DNA from: Harriotta raleighana
Taxonomy: Eukaryota
Assembly: GCA_050575255.1 (NCBI GenBank)
Contig: JBNZDD010013657.1
Span: 2,917,830 to 2,979,955, forward strand
Length of the DNA: 62,126 bases
Direction: 5' to 3'
Made by a program: the position numbers and the translations under genes. How positions within the stretch are numbered: position 1 is the stretch's first letter; each line of letters opens with the position of its first letter. The notes under the pieces were generated by a model. That model saw only the letters and a list, made by a program, of their open reading frames with translations, made no database searches and was not told where the DNA came from. Positions 13,485 through 26,372 of the stretch are shown piece after piece.

Positions 13485-14801
13485 GTCTCCCAAGGGTCAG
13501 TACTGGGACCTCAGCTATTTGCAATATATACAAGTGATTCGGATGAAAGAATAGAAAGTTTTATATCCAAGTCTGCTGACGACACTAAGATAGGAGGCTC
13601 AGTAAGTAGTGTAGATGGAAGCAGGAAGTTACAAAGGAACTTAGACAGATTAACTGAGTGGGCAAAGCTGTGGCAGATAGAGTTCAATGTAGGGAAGTGT
13701 AAGGTCATCCACTATGGACCGAAAAAAGATAAGGCAGAATATTATCTTAACGGGGAGAAATTAAGAGCTGTGGAGGAGCAAAGAAATTTGGGTGTCTATA
13801 TCCACAAATCAATAAACACTAGTTCCCAGATGCAAAACGTAATTAAAAAGGCAAATGGAATGTTGGGCTTTATCTCGAGGGGCCTGGAATACAAATGGGA
13901 AGAAATGATGGTTCAGCTGTATAGAGGGTTAGTCAGACCCCACCTGGAGACTGTCCAGTTTTGGGCACCACACCTCAGGAAAGATCTATTAGCCCTAGAG
14001 AGGGTGCAGGTTCACCAGAATGTTACCAGGCCTAAAAGGGTTAAGTTATGAGGAAAGGTTGTGTAAACTTGGATGCTGTTTCCTTGAGTTTAGAAGATTG
14101 AGGGGTGATTTGATAGAGGTTTTTAGGATGATAAAGGGATTTGATAGGGTAGATACAGAGAAGCTATTTCCTCTGGTGGGGGAATGAAAAACAAGGGGGT
14201 GTTGCCTTAAAATTAGAACCAGACCATTTAAAAGTGAAATCAGGAAGCATTTTTTCATTCAATGGGTGGTAGAAACCTGGAATTTTCTTCCCCAAATGCA
14301 TGTGGATGCTGGATCCATCCACACCTTCAAGAATGAGGTTGAAAGATTTTTGGTAGGTCATGGTATTAAGGGATATGGGGTGAAAGCGGGAAATTGGAAT
14401 TGAAAGGATTAGTAGAAATACCGATCAGCCATGATCTAATTAAATGGCGGCCTGCTCCATGTCCATCGGTGGACGGGCTTTCAGTCTCTCTGCCCCCACA
14501 CTCTGGAACTCCATTCCACAGTCCCTTTGCCTCTCTTGCCTCCTTTAAGGCCAGTCTCAAGAACCCTCCTCTTTGATTGTGCCTTCAGGTGCCCTCCCAA
14601 CTCTCTCCCTCCCCTCCTAACTCTCTCCCACCCCTTCCCCCTACCCGGCCCCTCTCACTTGCTCGGGTCCCAACCTGACTATTCAGCACCTTGGGGAGTC
14701 CTCCCAGCGTAAAAGGCGCTCTATAAATGTAGTTTTATTGTTGTTGTTGTGGAACAGGCTCGATGGGCTGAATGGCCTACTACTGTTCTAATGTTCCTAT
14801 G
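13485..14801 (+). mobile_element. CR1 LINE, 5'-truncated (RT C-terminal half to 3' end), decayed, interrupted by L2 at 14451-14748
   Basis: Encodes RT motifs (S)QGSVLGPQLF and SKSADDTKIGG, plus LYRGLVRPHLE..VQFWAPH. 3' end GATCAGCCATGATC...GGCTCGATGGGCTGAATGGCCTAC. Contains stops and frameshifts. Confidence 0.92.
14451..14748 (+). mobile_element. L2 LINE 3' fragment nested in the CR1 3' UTR
   Basis: CTCTGGAACTCC...TTCAGCACCTTGGG...AAGGCGCTCTATAAATG(TTG)n, homologous to 39250-39730. Confidence 0.88.
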
Positions 14802-15859
14802 CTTCTTTTCCTAACAATCGTGAGACAATTGCAGTTGGGTGAAGAGACGATTAACAAAAGCAATCATTCCTGGGAGGAAGGAATTCCTCTGTTGATGCCT
14901 GTACCTGTAGCTGCATTTTGTTTTGTCAGCTAGTCACACACAGAAACCCATCGCTGTGCTTAAGAGAGTATCCAAACCAAACTGCTGTGTTCCACATCTT
15001 CACCCAAGCCAATCCTGTCATCTTTTGGAAATATAATGGAGTGCAAGCTCTCTGGCTCACTTAATCTGAATGTAATCAGGCGCAGGTTGGTCAGAGCCAG
15101 GGCTTGGTAACCCCAGAGCGTGCATTGTGGGATAGCTGGAATTTAACCAGCTAAAACTGCACAGCTTGTCATTGCAAACACTGTCTGGCAAGCGTCCTGC
15201 TGCTTATCCATCTGCTGTGCACAAGTTCTGCAATGTTACTGTTTCCCTCGCAAGCCTCTGCATCTCATTGCATAGCTCGCTTTGATATCAACTCACATAC
15301 TGACTAATATGTCAGGCTCTGCTGGCTCCCTATTAACCAGCAGATTGACTTGAAGATTCTCCTTTTAACTTGCAGATGCCTACATTTCATGGCCTATCTC
15401 TGGGATCTCCTGCAGTCCTGTACCTCCGCCCACTCCCTCTGCTTTGTCAACTCCAGCCTGCTGTACATTCCCTGCCTCCTCCAACCTTAGTGAGAGAGCC
15501 TTCAGCCATCTTGCTCTACTCTCTGAAATTCTTTCCCTAAATACCTCCACACTGCAACATTCCTCTCACTTTCAAAACCCTTCTGAAGACCTACAATGTT
15601 TAACTGCACTTTCATTTGTTTCCTTCCTACATCCTCTAACTCCCACCTCACTCAAGCTCCCACATCCATCTAATGAACGGCACTTGGAGGAAATGGCGCT
15701 AATGCTATTGTTGTTGTCTTAGAGCCATAAAAGTGAGTGATCACCACGGAAATGTCGCAATCAAAGATGTATGACTAGCACATAAGTTATATACTTCACT
15801 TTTAGCATTGATTCAAAACAAAAACAGGTCAAATTGACACGAAAAAGATGCTAAATACT

Positions 15860-15965
15860 GTACTGCAGATGCAGCCATGGACCCGAAACATTGGCTCACT
15901 TTCCTTTCTCCATAGATGCTGCCTGACCTGTTGAATGTTCCCAGCGACTTGTTTTTGTTTCAAAT
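15860..15965 (+). mobile_element. Penelope-like element terminal-repeat remnant
   Basis: GACCCGAAAC...TTTCTCCATAGATGCTGCCTGACCTGTTGA...CCAGC resembles the abundant chondrichthyan Penelope-type terminus (recalled). Confidence 0.55.
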
Positions 15966-16603
15966 TGGCACAAACTGTGTGTTCTAATCTAACATTAAAT
16001 AACATTGATTAATTACACCACATGATGACAGCTCAGCCAGCCTGACTCATCAGCAGGATTTCAAAAGGCCGATCAGTCACTGGGGACCAGGACCCGTCCC
16101 ACTCAATTTCTGAAAACCCTGCAAACCAAAGCCATAATGTGTATTGTGGTCCTAGCTAGACAAGCATCAGGAATGTTTGCCAGTCAGTGCTTTCGATTGC
16201 AAGCCATGCGGTTTTATGTAGTTAGATTCTAGCAGTACCCCAATGCACATGGTGGGGTCCCTTAGCCTTGGCTCCAGCCAGATTGCCCACAAATATACAG
16301 TCAATTCACTTTGTAGTATATTCTGTGAAGCGCTTTGAGAAGTCGATAAGATGTGAAAAAGCGCTATATCAAATGCAAGGATTATTATTATTATATTATG
16401 TAACACTCTCCCTTCATGGAGAGAGAATGCATTTCATTCCAACAACCTATTTCTGGAATTTCATGGAACTCTGTTTGATTTGGATATGCTAAAGCACAGT
16501 GATGGGTTTCCACACCCTCGTGACAATGAAAAATACCACACAAATGTTTTATACTAAACCAATCCCAAATTATAACCCTAGATCCCTTTGTAAGTATTAC
16601 TAG

Positions 16604-16965
16604 CTACTTTCCATATTACTGTAATTTGAAACATCTCTGTTGGTTCTTCATTGTCAGCAACTATGTGATAGAGATGAAACTAAATTTTAGCAATGTCTGA
16701 ATCTTCCCATAGATGTAGCATTCCTTGTATTTATGGTTTTCAAATACAATGACTACATATAATAACACTAGAGGGCATGTGTGTATATATATATATCTAC
16801 TCTTTATAAATATAATAGCACCAGAGTGTTAATAATTATTGTTTATAATCCCTTGTTTATGGGAAGATTCAGACATTGCTAAAATTTAGTTTCATCTCTA
16901 TCACATAGTTGCTGACAATGAAGAACCAACAGAGATGTTTTAAATTACAGTAATATGGAAAGTAG
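16604..16965. repeat. Long inverted repeat: 108-bp arms (16604-16711 / 16858-16965), one mismatch, 146-bp AT-rich spacer
   Basis: Direct base-by-base reverse-complement comparison of the two arms. Confidence 0.92.
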
Positions 16966-17269
16966 TATATAAATAGCAATGTCATATTCAGGTTTTATAA
17001 TACTGTAATTCAATCCAGACAGAGTTTGCGTTGATTGTGTCGACGGAGAAAGGTAAAATGCTGGGAGTATCAGTGCAAGGGTTATTCTGAGAAGTGTTTA
17101 TTTCTCTTGCTTCTTGTTTGAGCTTCATGTTTTAGCACCTCCAGCCTGAGTCTTTCGAGAACAGTTCCACATTGCTCTTCTCTTCCTGCATTTCTGTATG
17201 TACCATCAGCACCGCTAATTTGTAAACTTTTTGTATCCAGTACCAGTGTTAAATAGCCAGAGATTCAGT

Positions 17270-17370
17270 GCTCGTCAGATGAAGGGAACAGCTCCCTCTA
17301 CTCTGGCCAAATGATCCTTATGGCGTCTCTCAGCAAGAATGCAAAGTTAGCGCCAATTAGTGCTAAATTA
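17270..17370 (-). mobile_element. LF-SINE-like fragment (tentative)
   Basis: Minus strand reads TTAGCACTAATTGGCGC...GAGACGCCATAAGGATCATTTGGCCAGAG, resembling the recalled LF-SINE core TTGGCACTAATTGGCAC...GAGGCCAAGGA. Confidence 0.4.
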
Positions 17371-17477
17371 TGGAGAGTTATAGTCATATACTCATGTACA
17401 CAGGGAAAGGATTAATAATGTATTCATATTTTATTAAGGATCCTTGCAACAATCTGGTTTGTCCTAAATAAAATAGG

Positions 17478-17685
17478 CTCTGGAACTCCCTTCCTCACTC
17501 CTTTCGCCTCGCCCCCTCTCTTCCCAGTTTCAGGTCATAGTTGAAGACTTTTCTCTTCGACCGCACTTTTGGTCACCTTTCTGCCCCTGCCCCTGGCTTG
17601 GTCCCGGGATCTACTATTGTGAAGCGCTCTGAGACACCATCCGGCGTGGAGGGCGCTATATAAATCAAAGTTGTTGCTGTTGTTA
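17478..17685 (+). mobile_element. L2 LINE 3' fragment, second subfamily (GGCGTGGAGGGCGCT tail)
   Basis: CTCTGGAACTCCCTTCC...TTGAAGACTTTTCTCTTCGACC...AGCGCTCTGAGACACCATCCGGCGTGGAGGGCGCTATATAAAT(TTG)n. Confidence 0.82.
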
Positions 17686-20639
17686 TTCTATTGCCATAAT
17701 CTGGGCTGCAATTTGAATCCATTTCACAGGCTTTAAAGGAGAGACCAGTAAGAAATATATAAATAAATAATCCTTACATTTATATAGCACTTTCCACATC
17801 TCATCAACGTCTCAAAGTAGTCCAGCAGTGACTGATCTGCCTTTCCAAATCCTGCTGATGAATCAGGCTGAGCTGAGCTGTCATCGTGTGGTTTAATTAA
17901 TCAAAGTTATAAAGTACATAGTCAATGTATTATTTCAAGAGACAAAGAACTTGAAATTTAATTGCACCCAATACATCTCAAAACACTGCACAGTAATTAT
18001 TGTCATGTTTAATGGCTNTATAAAGTACATAGTCAATGTATTATTTCAAGAGACAAAGAACTTGAAATGTAATTGCACCCAATACATCTCAAAACACTGC
18101 ACAGTAATTATTGTCATGTTTAATGGCTCTTTTTTTTCAGGCAAGTGCAACAGCCATTTTAGATTAAGCAGAGTTAGTGATGAAGTAAAATGCAATTAAA
18201 TCCTGAATTCAGAATTCTTACGATCATATTTAGATCAGTGTGTCATATTAGCCCAAACTCATTCTTTCTTCCCTCAACCAGAGAGTTCTCTTTTCCAAGC
18301 ATATTTAGAACATTCAAGCACAGTCTCCTGTGCAAAGCATCATGATAGTCTCATACAGTATAGCTCATGTGTTTCCAGTGCATTATTGGCTCTCTTCATT
18401 GGTTACATTCTTTCAACCGTGACAGTGTTTTGGATTACAATCAGGTTTTTCTTAANGTAAAATGCAATTAAATCCTGAATTCAGAATTCTTACGATCATA
18501 TTTAGATCAAACTCATTCTTGTGTGTCATATTAGCCCAAACTCATTCTTTCTTCCCTCAACCAGAGAGTTCTCTTTTCCAAGCATATTTAGAACATTCAA
18601 GCACAGTCTCCTGTGCAAAGCATCATGATAGTCTCATACAGTATAGCTCATGTGTTTCCAGTGCATTATTGGCTCTCTTCATTGGTTACATTCTTTCAAC
18701 CGTGACAGTGTTTTGGATTACAATCAGGTTTTTCTTAACTTTATCTTGTCTGATATCTTATTAGATATTATTAAGCATTCGTAAGGCCACAAACCTCTGC
18801 CGTGCAATNTCTTCCCTCAACCAGAGAGTTCTCTTTTCCAAGCATATTTAGAACATTCAAGCACAGTCTCCTGTGCAAAGCATCATGATAGTCTCATACA
18901 GTATAGCTCATGTGTTTCCAGTGCATTATTGGCTCTCTTCATTGGTTACATTCTTTCAACCGTGACAGTGTTTTGGATTACAATCAGGTTTTTCTTAACT
19001 TTATCTTGTCTGATATCTTATTAGATATTATTAAGCATTCGTAAGGCTGGAATAGCATTCGTAAGGCCACAAACCTCTGCCGTGCAACATTTTTTTTTCA
19101 TTCATGAGGTGCATTCAAAGAGGACGGTCCTGAGACCTGCCTTGAAGCAGGCATGGGAGGCGTTAAAGTAGAGGGCTCTGGGATGGAGTTCTAGAGGCTG
19201 AGGTAGAGGGTGAATGTGGAGCAGGTAGGGTAGGGGACCTGGAGTAAGCAGTACTATTAAGTGGAAGGATAGGACATGTTGGTAAGATTTTAGATCACAG
19301 TGTAAGTTTATTTGAGCTAACTATCTAATGTAAACTCAGCCTGAACCTTTTCTTATCTGATGGTTTTTTCAGGCATTCAATGTAACATTAAAATATTTTT
19401 ATAAAGTACTGTACAGTGTTAATTTGTTTTTATTGGATGAAAAACTCAAACATTAGTTATAAATGAGCCTTAGTGAGCCAGGTCCATCCCATTTGTTGGA
19501 AGGGTGGTGATCATTTAGCTACAGCTGAGTCAACTATTCTGTAGCTGAACAAAATTTTAATTTAAAATTGAAATAAAAGGCTTCCCATGAAGAGTTAGCT
19601 GACATTCTCCTGAAGTAATTTTACTTTCAAATCTCAGGCTTCAATCACCCAGACCATTAATATAGCACCCTTTTGGGCTAGTTTATTGAACAGATTGTAT
19701 GTGGGATTAATACTCGGTTAAGATCTTCTGCTGGATCAGTTCTCTACATGTTCCACATAGTCTGACTGACACTCCAATATAGTACTGCACTATTCCAGAT
19801 GCCCTCCTTCGAGTGAACCATAAAACTGTGGCCCTGTCTGTCTGCTTCGATGAATGTTAGGCATTATGCTCACGTAATAATGTAACAACACCACACATAC
19901 TATACCTTGGGGATATCAATTGTGCTGGATTAAAAAAAAACCTTGTCACACATCTGTGGAGTGGCTTGTGGCTTTGGCACTAACCTGCTATTGCGTTAAG
20001 AATGTGGTAACTGATGTGATAAACTTGATATGCTACATATATTCTCCATGTGTGATAAGGCTACATTTGAAATGTTTGTTTCTAAAGTGAAAGTGTTGTA
20101 CTGTACTATATACTGGCTCACTGAAAGGCCTTAGATTATAATATAAAATGGAGCCGATTTGTGTGGTGGGGAGGGGTGGGGGGTCTGTGGCAAAAAGTAT
20201 AAATGATTTGTGCATTTAAAATTGTTGTTGGGGCTTAAATGGACCTTCTGAACTAGACTGCACTAGCCCTAACCCTAGCCTAAAACACTCCTTGTTATCG
20301 TCAAGTTTCTGATGTCTTAGAAGCTATTACAAGATACAAATCCTACTTCACCCTGATAGACCTATCAAAGTCTTGTAACTTGGTATCAGACACAGGGAGA
20401 ACCTATTGTATCTTCTCCACAGCCTTGCCTGCTCCTACCTCTCTAACCCCCCCCATCAACCTGTCCGTTTCCTCCATTCAGCAGGCGCTTGTCTGCTCTC
20501 TCCTGTCTCTCTGCCCTCTCTCATCCCAAACCTGCACCCTTAACCCTTGCTAGGGACCAGACCCCTGACTGTTCAACGCCTCAACATGAAAGGCGCTCTA
20601 CAAATGTAATTTTATTGTTCTCTTGCCAAATACTGTAGA

Positions 20640-20840
20640 GTCTTGTGATCTTTAATATCCATCTACATACAGATAAGACCTTGCTTTAATATCTCATCTG
20701 AAGGATAGCACCGCCAACAATGTAGCACTCTCCCAACATTGCAATGACAGCCTGAACCATGAGCTCTTAGTCCTAACATGATTTGAACCTACAACCCATG
20801 ACCTGGAGGCAAGAGGGCCTTCAACTGAGCCAGGTTATCA
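20640..20840 (-). mobile_element. Old Deu-domain SINE, 5' half
   Basis: ATCTCATCTGAAGGATAGCACC..CAATGTAGCACTC and a tRNA head (TTTGAACCTACAACC...ACTGAGCC) on the minus strand. Confidence 0.6.
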
Positions 20841-22099
20841 CCTACTTGTTTGATCTGATCAAACCTTCAACTTGCAATTAAGCTTTTGCTAAGGTCAGCT
20901 TGCTGGAGCAGGCAGAATGAGAGATTTGAATCTTGCTCGGCTGAGTTCCTGATCCATGTCACTTTAGCAAGGATATCGTTCAGTCACATGGATGGGTGGT
21001 GGAGGTACATCTAGACAGTGTACATCTAGACAGCTAGTGACGAAGATTAATAAGAGGAAAGCAAGGCTAAATAAAGGGGGCTAAAGATGCAAAAAACCTT
21101 CTCAAAAAACCTTATTAAAATGAGGAGGGGGAGAACTCACATGGAATTTTATTGATGAACAAGATCAATGACGCTTTTCTTTGGTAACATCAGGAGATTA
21201 TTCCATTTGTTTTTATAGTACAACTGGAATGATTAGTTTGCCATCCAACAAAGGCAGTTCAATTCTTTCAGCTGTGATTCGAGGCCCTCAGAATTTTAAT
21301 CCTCTTTCCTAACCCCAATCTGAACAGGTGACCTCTTGATCCTAGTCAACTAATTCCTCTGATTTTTGTCCTGATTGTGATTAATTTCTCCCTGAACAAA
21401 ATGATTAAAATCTACTTCCTGAATGACTGCTCATATCAGCCCTGGCTCATTCACCAATGATTTACAGAAGCCTATGGTCTCCCAGGAGGAGAACACAACA
21501 GGCTGTTATAATACAAAATTTTGATGATGAAGTCAACGAAGCCCAAGATTAAATTACTATTATTAAATTCCTTTCGAGTAGCCAGTATTTTTCAGTGACC
21601 CCTGAAAGGGCTCACAACTAACTGAGCCGTTCAATGGGAGCAATTACTACTGTGTCAAAAATAGTGTCAAATAACTTACTTATTAAATTGGATTAGCATC
21701 GGCCTTGCTTCAGGGTAGGTATTGGAGTGTTTGTTCGACATTTGAACATAAAATGTACAGAAAAATTCTAAAAACATTTTGTATGTTTCACAGTGACTGT
21801 CCAGCACCTTGGGATGTCCTCCTGAAGTGAAAGGCGCTGTACAAATGTAATTTTGTTGTTGTTGTGTCCTTGCAACAATTGGCCACACTAAAGCTTACCA
21901 TTGACTGTGAAACTCTCAGTTAGAGACAAGTCCAATGTTTCACCACAGAGACAAAGGGAAAATGTTTGACTCCTCCTGATGTGAAAGGTGCTCTATGAAT
22001 GCTATTCATTATTTTTTGTTGAAAGTCAGTTCAAGAGATGGGAGAACAGACACACAGAGCAACAAGAATGGGGATTAAGGAAGGCCAATGTCATTTTAT

Positions 22100-22215
22100 T
22101 TCTGGGACCCGAGTTTCAATTCAGCCCAAATTGGTGAGGTCACAGTCAACACTTGGTGCTGTTGTCTGTGAAATTGAGTTTGGACAAGTCTCAGTCCACT
22201 CCCCGCTGAACTGTG
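22100..22215 (+). mobile_element. LF-SINE-like 5' fragment (tentative)
   Basis: TTCAATTCAGCCCA...TGTGAAATTGAGTTTGG..GTCTCAGTCCACTCC resembles the recalled LF-SINE 5' region. Confidence 0.4.
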
Positions 22216-25034
22216 GGCATGAATGAATTGGAGTCAGGGGATAATAAGGTTGTTCTGAGATGCCAACCCGGTCAAAATAACCATACATCATTTTCTCTCA
22301 AACTTCACACATCAAGACTGACCACTTGAACAAAGTACCAGCAGGTGTTTATGTTACTGTACTCCAGAAAGTCCTTCCACAGAGGACATGAGGGAAGAGA
22401 TGAAAATTGATGGTGAAAACATTGGAAAACAAAAAACGGAGCAAAATATTATTGCTGTAAACAAATAGCATAATGATAGCTGAATAGAAACTATAGTGAC
22501 AACAGTAATTCAACTGTAATTACTGATGTGATGTTAGCAGCAGTGAGGAAACATTCCATGCATCTGGCTCGGTGACCTGATGCTATAGAAGATGGACTGC
22601 CTATTTATGCTACTTAGCAAAACAGTATTATGGCAGAAGGGGATGACTGAGCTAATGTATACAGGAAGCATAGAGTGTTGGACACAATCATATCAACTAA
22701 AGAAAGTAATGTAAATGAAACCCGCAGAGGGAGGCCTCATTATCAATTGGCACGAGTCCAGCCTGCTATAATATGTGCTCAAGTTGTTGTAACCATAATA
22801 TTTTTTGGTTGATGAGTTACCAATAATTTAAAGAGAGCTGTGGAATGCCTGGCCTTATGGTATCGAGCTGGAAGGCACTCACATTCACAAAGAGTCTGAA
22901 TGAAATATTTAACAGTCTTGAGAGATTTGTATTTCTGATGGGTTTTTGATTCTACTTTATGGTGGTGGGGGTGGTGGTGGTGGGGGGGAGCGGGGTTGGT
23001 AGGTTATAGGTTATAATTTTTTTTCAGTGTCTGTTTCTATAGCTGGCCACTGTTTGTGGATTCAAAAATATGTTCAATATCAGATGGATATAATCACAAG
23101 TCATTACTGCATATTTTCTGAAAGGACGTTATTATGACATATTTTACAGATCACCTATTCATCCACTTTGGGGTATATATTAGAACACAGCAGATGGCTT
23201 AGCGGGTATTATAGTGAGGCTAATGCAGGCTTCTCAGTAAATTACAGGGCTCCTGCAACAGAGGAGTTCGGGTGATGCCAAAATTCAAAGACCATGTATT
23301 TTTGGGGGAAGTTTGTGATCCCAACTGGATTAGAAGCTTAAATTCACATAGTTATTATACATACATATACTGTATAGGATAACGAGTTTTTGAGTTGGAT
23401 ATTTGTCTTGAAAATTGCTGTATAGTCCAGGATTCTGTTTCTTTGATCTGGAGACTTTCTGATATAGTTTAAAAATACAAGTCGTTCTAGGTCACATAAA
23501 ATAAAAGGAATTTATCAGTTTCAGAAAGTGGAATCTCGAGATATTTTGGACAATGTAGTTAGAACCATTTCTGACTGTAGACTTAACTAAAACAATCGTT
23601 TTAAAGTCTCTTGGATCATTCAGTACACTAATAGATTAAGACACATAAAATTAAGGGTTTCATTTCAAATGTATTAAGGTTGGGATTTCTGAATAAATAG
23701 GGAATAGTAAATACTGTTGGACAAGCTATAATTATGGTAGAATAATAATAATAATTTGGTCACTCAATCCATGATTGTTTGTCGGACACTGCTGGGCACA
23801 ATTGACTGTGGAATTTTGCCCACAAGATATACAGTTAACTTAAATAATATGCATTTCCTTCATAGCGTGACTGCGTCTTGGACTACTCGCACATATATAG
23901 GAGTCCAAACATCCTCTTTTACTATCTACAACAAGAGTTAAATCTTGGAGCACTTTATTGATTCCATGCCAGACACAAAACAGCAGGGGATGGGGATTTT
24001 CATGGTCGCTCAACATGGCTGTTTGTGGGACACTGATGCATGCAATTGTCTGCTGCTTTTCACCCACAAAATACAGACAATATTTACAATCTGTTCTGTG
24101 AAGCACTTTGAGATAGCTCAACTACATGAGAATGCGTTATATTAAATCCAAGAATTATTGTTATTGTTATTAAAACGGGAGGTGACTATAGGTACGTTTG
24201 AAGAGGTAAGTTTTTTTGGGAGGGTTTTGTAGACAAATGGATAAGAGTCAAGATGGGAATCCAATCCTATTCCCCTGCTCTTTCTCCGCACCTCTTAATC
24301 CTATTTTTCCTGATGTAATTCATCAGCCATTTGTGGTAAAGTATTCTACAATTAATAATTTTCTAACCTTCCCCTAGCCCCTACTATGTTGTTTAGGTAG
24401 TTTCTACAGAATTAATGAGAGGAATGGTTAAGAGCAGCAATAAAAGGATATTGCTAAAGAACATTGAGGGCCTTTCCTGAATGTTTTGCAAATATTTACA
24501 TATTTTACATATATTGAAGGAAAACTATGAAGAATTATTGGTGGTTTGTTGCAGAATTCCTGACAAAAACATCACAATATTTATTGTGTACCTTAGACAT
24601 GCATTTGAATTATACAAGGTTAACAGCACAGCAAAAGGCTGTTTGACCCATTAGGCTTGCACTGGTATTTTTCTCTGAATAAAATATCTAATCTCAGTCT
24701 ATTGATGGTTCCCCACACTTTTTTCTATTCCTTTTCTTCAAGTAACTGTCTGATTCAAGTATCTATCTCCTTCAAAGCATGTCTTAAGGCTTTCCTTTTC
24801 AACCGTGCCTTTGGTCATCTTCCCACTACCCCCTTTGCTGCTCTCTGATCCCAACCCATGGCTCGGGTGCAAACTCCCCATTGCCCAGTGCATTGGAATG
24901 CCCTCCCAACCTGAAATGCGCTATATACTGTAAATGCAATTTGTTGTTAATTCCCTTTCCAAACAATCGTTGCATGATCTGTGGTTTGTGGCAGAGAATT
25001 CCACATTCCAGCCACTTCTCTGTATAAAACCAAC

Positions 25035-25295
25035 ATGGAGTCCTGTAGTTAGAGCACTGCCTCCCAAGCGAGAGAATCTTGGTCCGATTCCTGGGCAGGG
25101 CAAAAAGTTGGACAAGTTTCCTGACTCCACAGAACTTTGTTTACATAGTGGTAAGCAACCCAGTTTGTTAGTCAATTGGTGGATTGCCTCCTTCGGGGGA
25201 GGTGGGGAGGGGTATGGGGGTTAGTAATCACTAAAAAAAAAAATTGGTTGCTCAATCCATTATTGTTTTTGGGACACTGCCTTGTACAATTGTCT
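25035..25295 (+). mobile_element. Young SINE, long-spacer variant, degraded
   Basis: GGAGTCCTGTAG head and core, with the extra internal block also seen at 31586-31940 and 43156-43420. Confidence 0.65.
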
Positions 25296-26372
25296 TGACA
25301 GGTGTGTGCATAATTGATTATCATAGCAGTCACTCATCTGGGAGGAAGGGTTCTGGGTGATGATTTGCTGATCAGATCCAGGCTGTTACTTACCCAAATG
25401 TGGGGCTTTGGGTGCTAAGTATTGGAAGCCAATCATGGATAGGGGTGGGGGACCTCCGGAAATATCCTGATTTCCCACATAGCCAGGCCATCCCATTTAA
25501 TGCAGAGAATTCCACATTCCCGACACTCTGTGTAAGGATTGTACACAGAACCAAGAGACAGCAATGTCAGTATGTGTGCTTGAATTCACGTACATGTGTG
25601 CGTGAATTCACGTTTATATGAATTCACATATAAACATGTGTGGCTTGTATTTAATGGAGTGAGTTTATAGAGCAAATCAGCCCAGCATGTTTGCATTATT
25701 TGGATTTTCTCCTGAACATAGATATGGGTAGAAGTGCAAGTAGGTGTGAAAACATTATTTGATCTGCAATTGATATCTAAAGCCAGGTGTCAACACAACT
25801 AAATATTGACAATTCAACTAATGTACACAGTCTATTCACTTTACAGTGGATCCGGTGAAGCCCTCTGAGCAATCTTGGCCACGTGAAAAGGCTCTACATC
25901 AGATGCAAGGATTATTATAATCAAAAGGTGTTGATGGAGCTAAATATTGTAGATGGTCGGGGAAAGTGATAAAGTGACAGGGGCATGTTCTGGTCTTTCA
26001 AGACTCTGCTTTGCAAAGGCAATCCGTCTTATCTGTTTTCAGCTCCTTGGCACATCGTGAAAGGCGCTGTGCAAATGTAATTTTATTGTTGTTGTTGTTA
26101 TCCTTCCACTATACATGTGATATGGATGGTTTCCCAAATTAATCCCAGTTTCATGTCATAATATTTTACCAGAACATCTTCATTGCCTCCGTAACCCACT
26201 TTAATAAATAATACTGATAATTATAATAATACCAATCCTTGCATTTGGTATACCGCCTTATCGTGTATTCAAGACGTCTCAAAGTGCTTCACGGAATACG
26301 CTGCAAAGTGAATTGACTGAATGCTGTGGGGGCAAAACAAATAAATATCTACATACTGTGCAGTTTCCTTAC

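Larger units (their letters stand above)
15999..17910. repeat. Outer imperfect inverted repeat: ~90-bp arms at 15999-16088 and 17820-17910
   Basis: TTGATTAATTACACCACATGATGACAGCTCAGC..CATCAGCAGGATTT..GATCAGTCACTG versus its reverse complement at 17828-17904, with scattered mismatches. Confidence 0.85.
1..26372 (-). other. Intron 2 of the CCBE1-like gene (exon 3 lies beyond the left edge)
   Basis: A manual scan for the expected short exon 3 (xKCCxGxxFVxGQCI) on the minus strand found no match with splice sites. Intron 2 of human CCBE1 is also very long (established). Confidence 0.65.
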
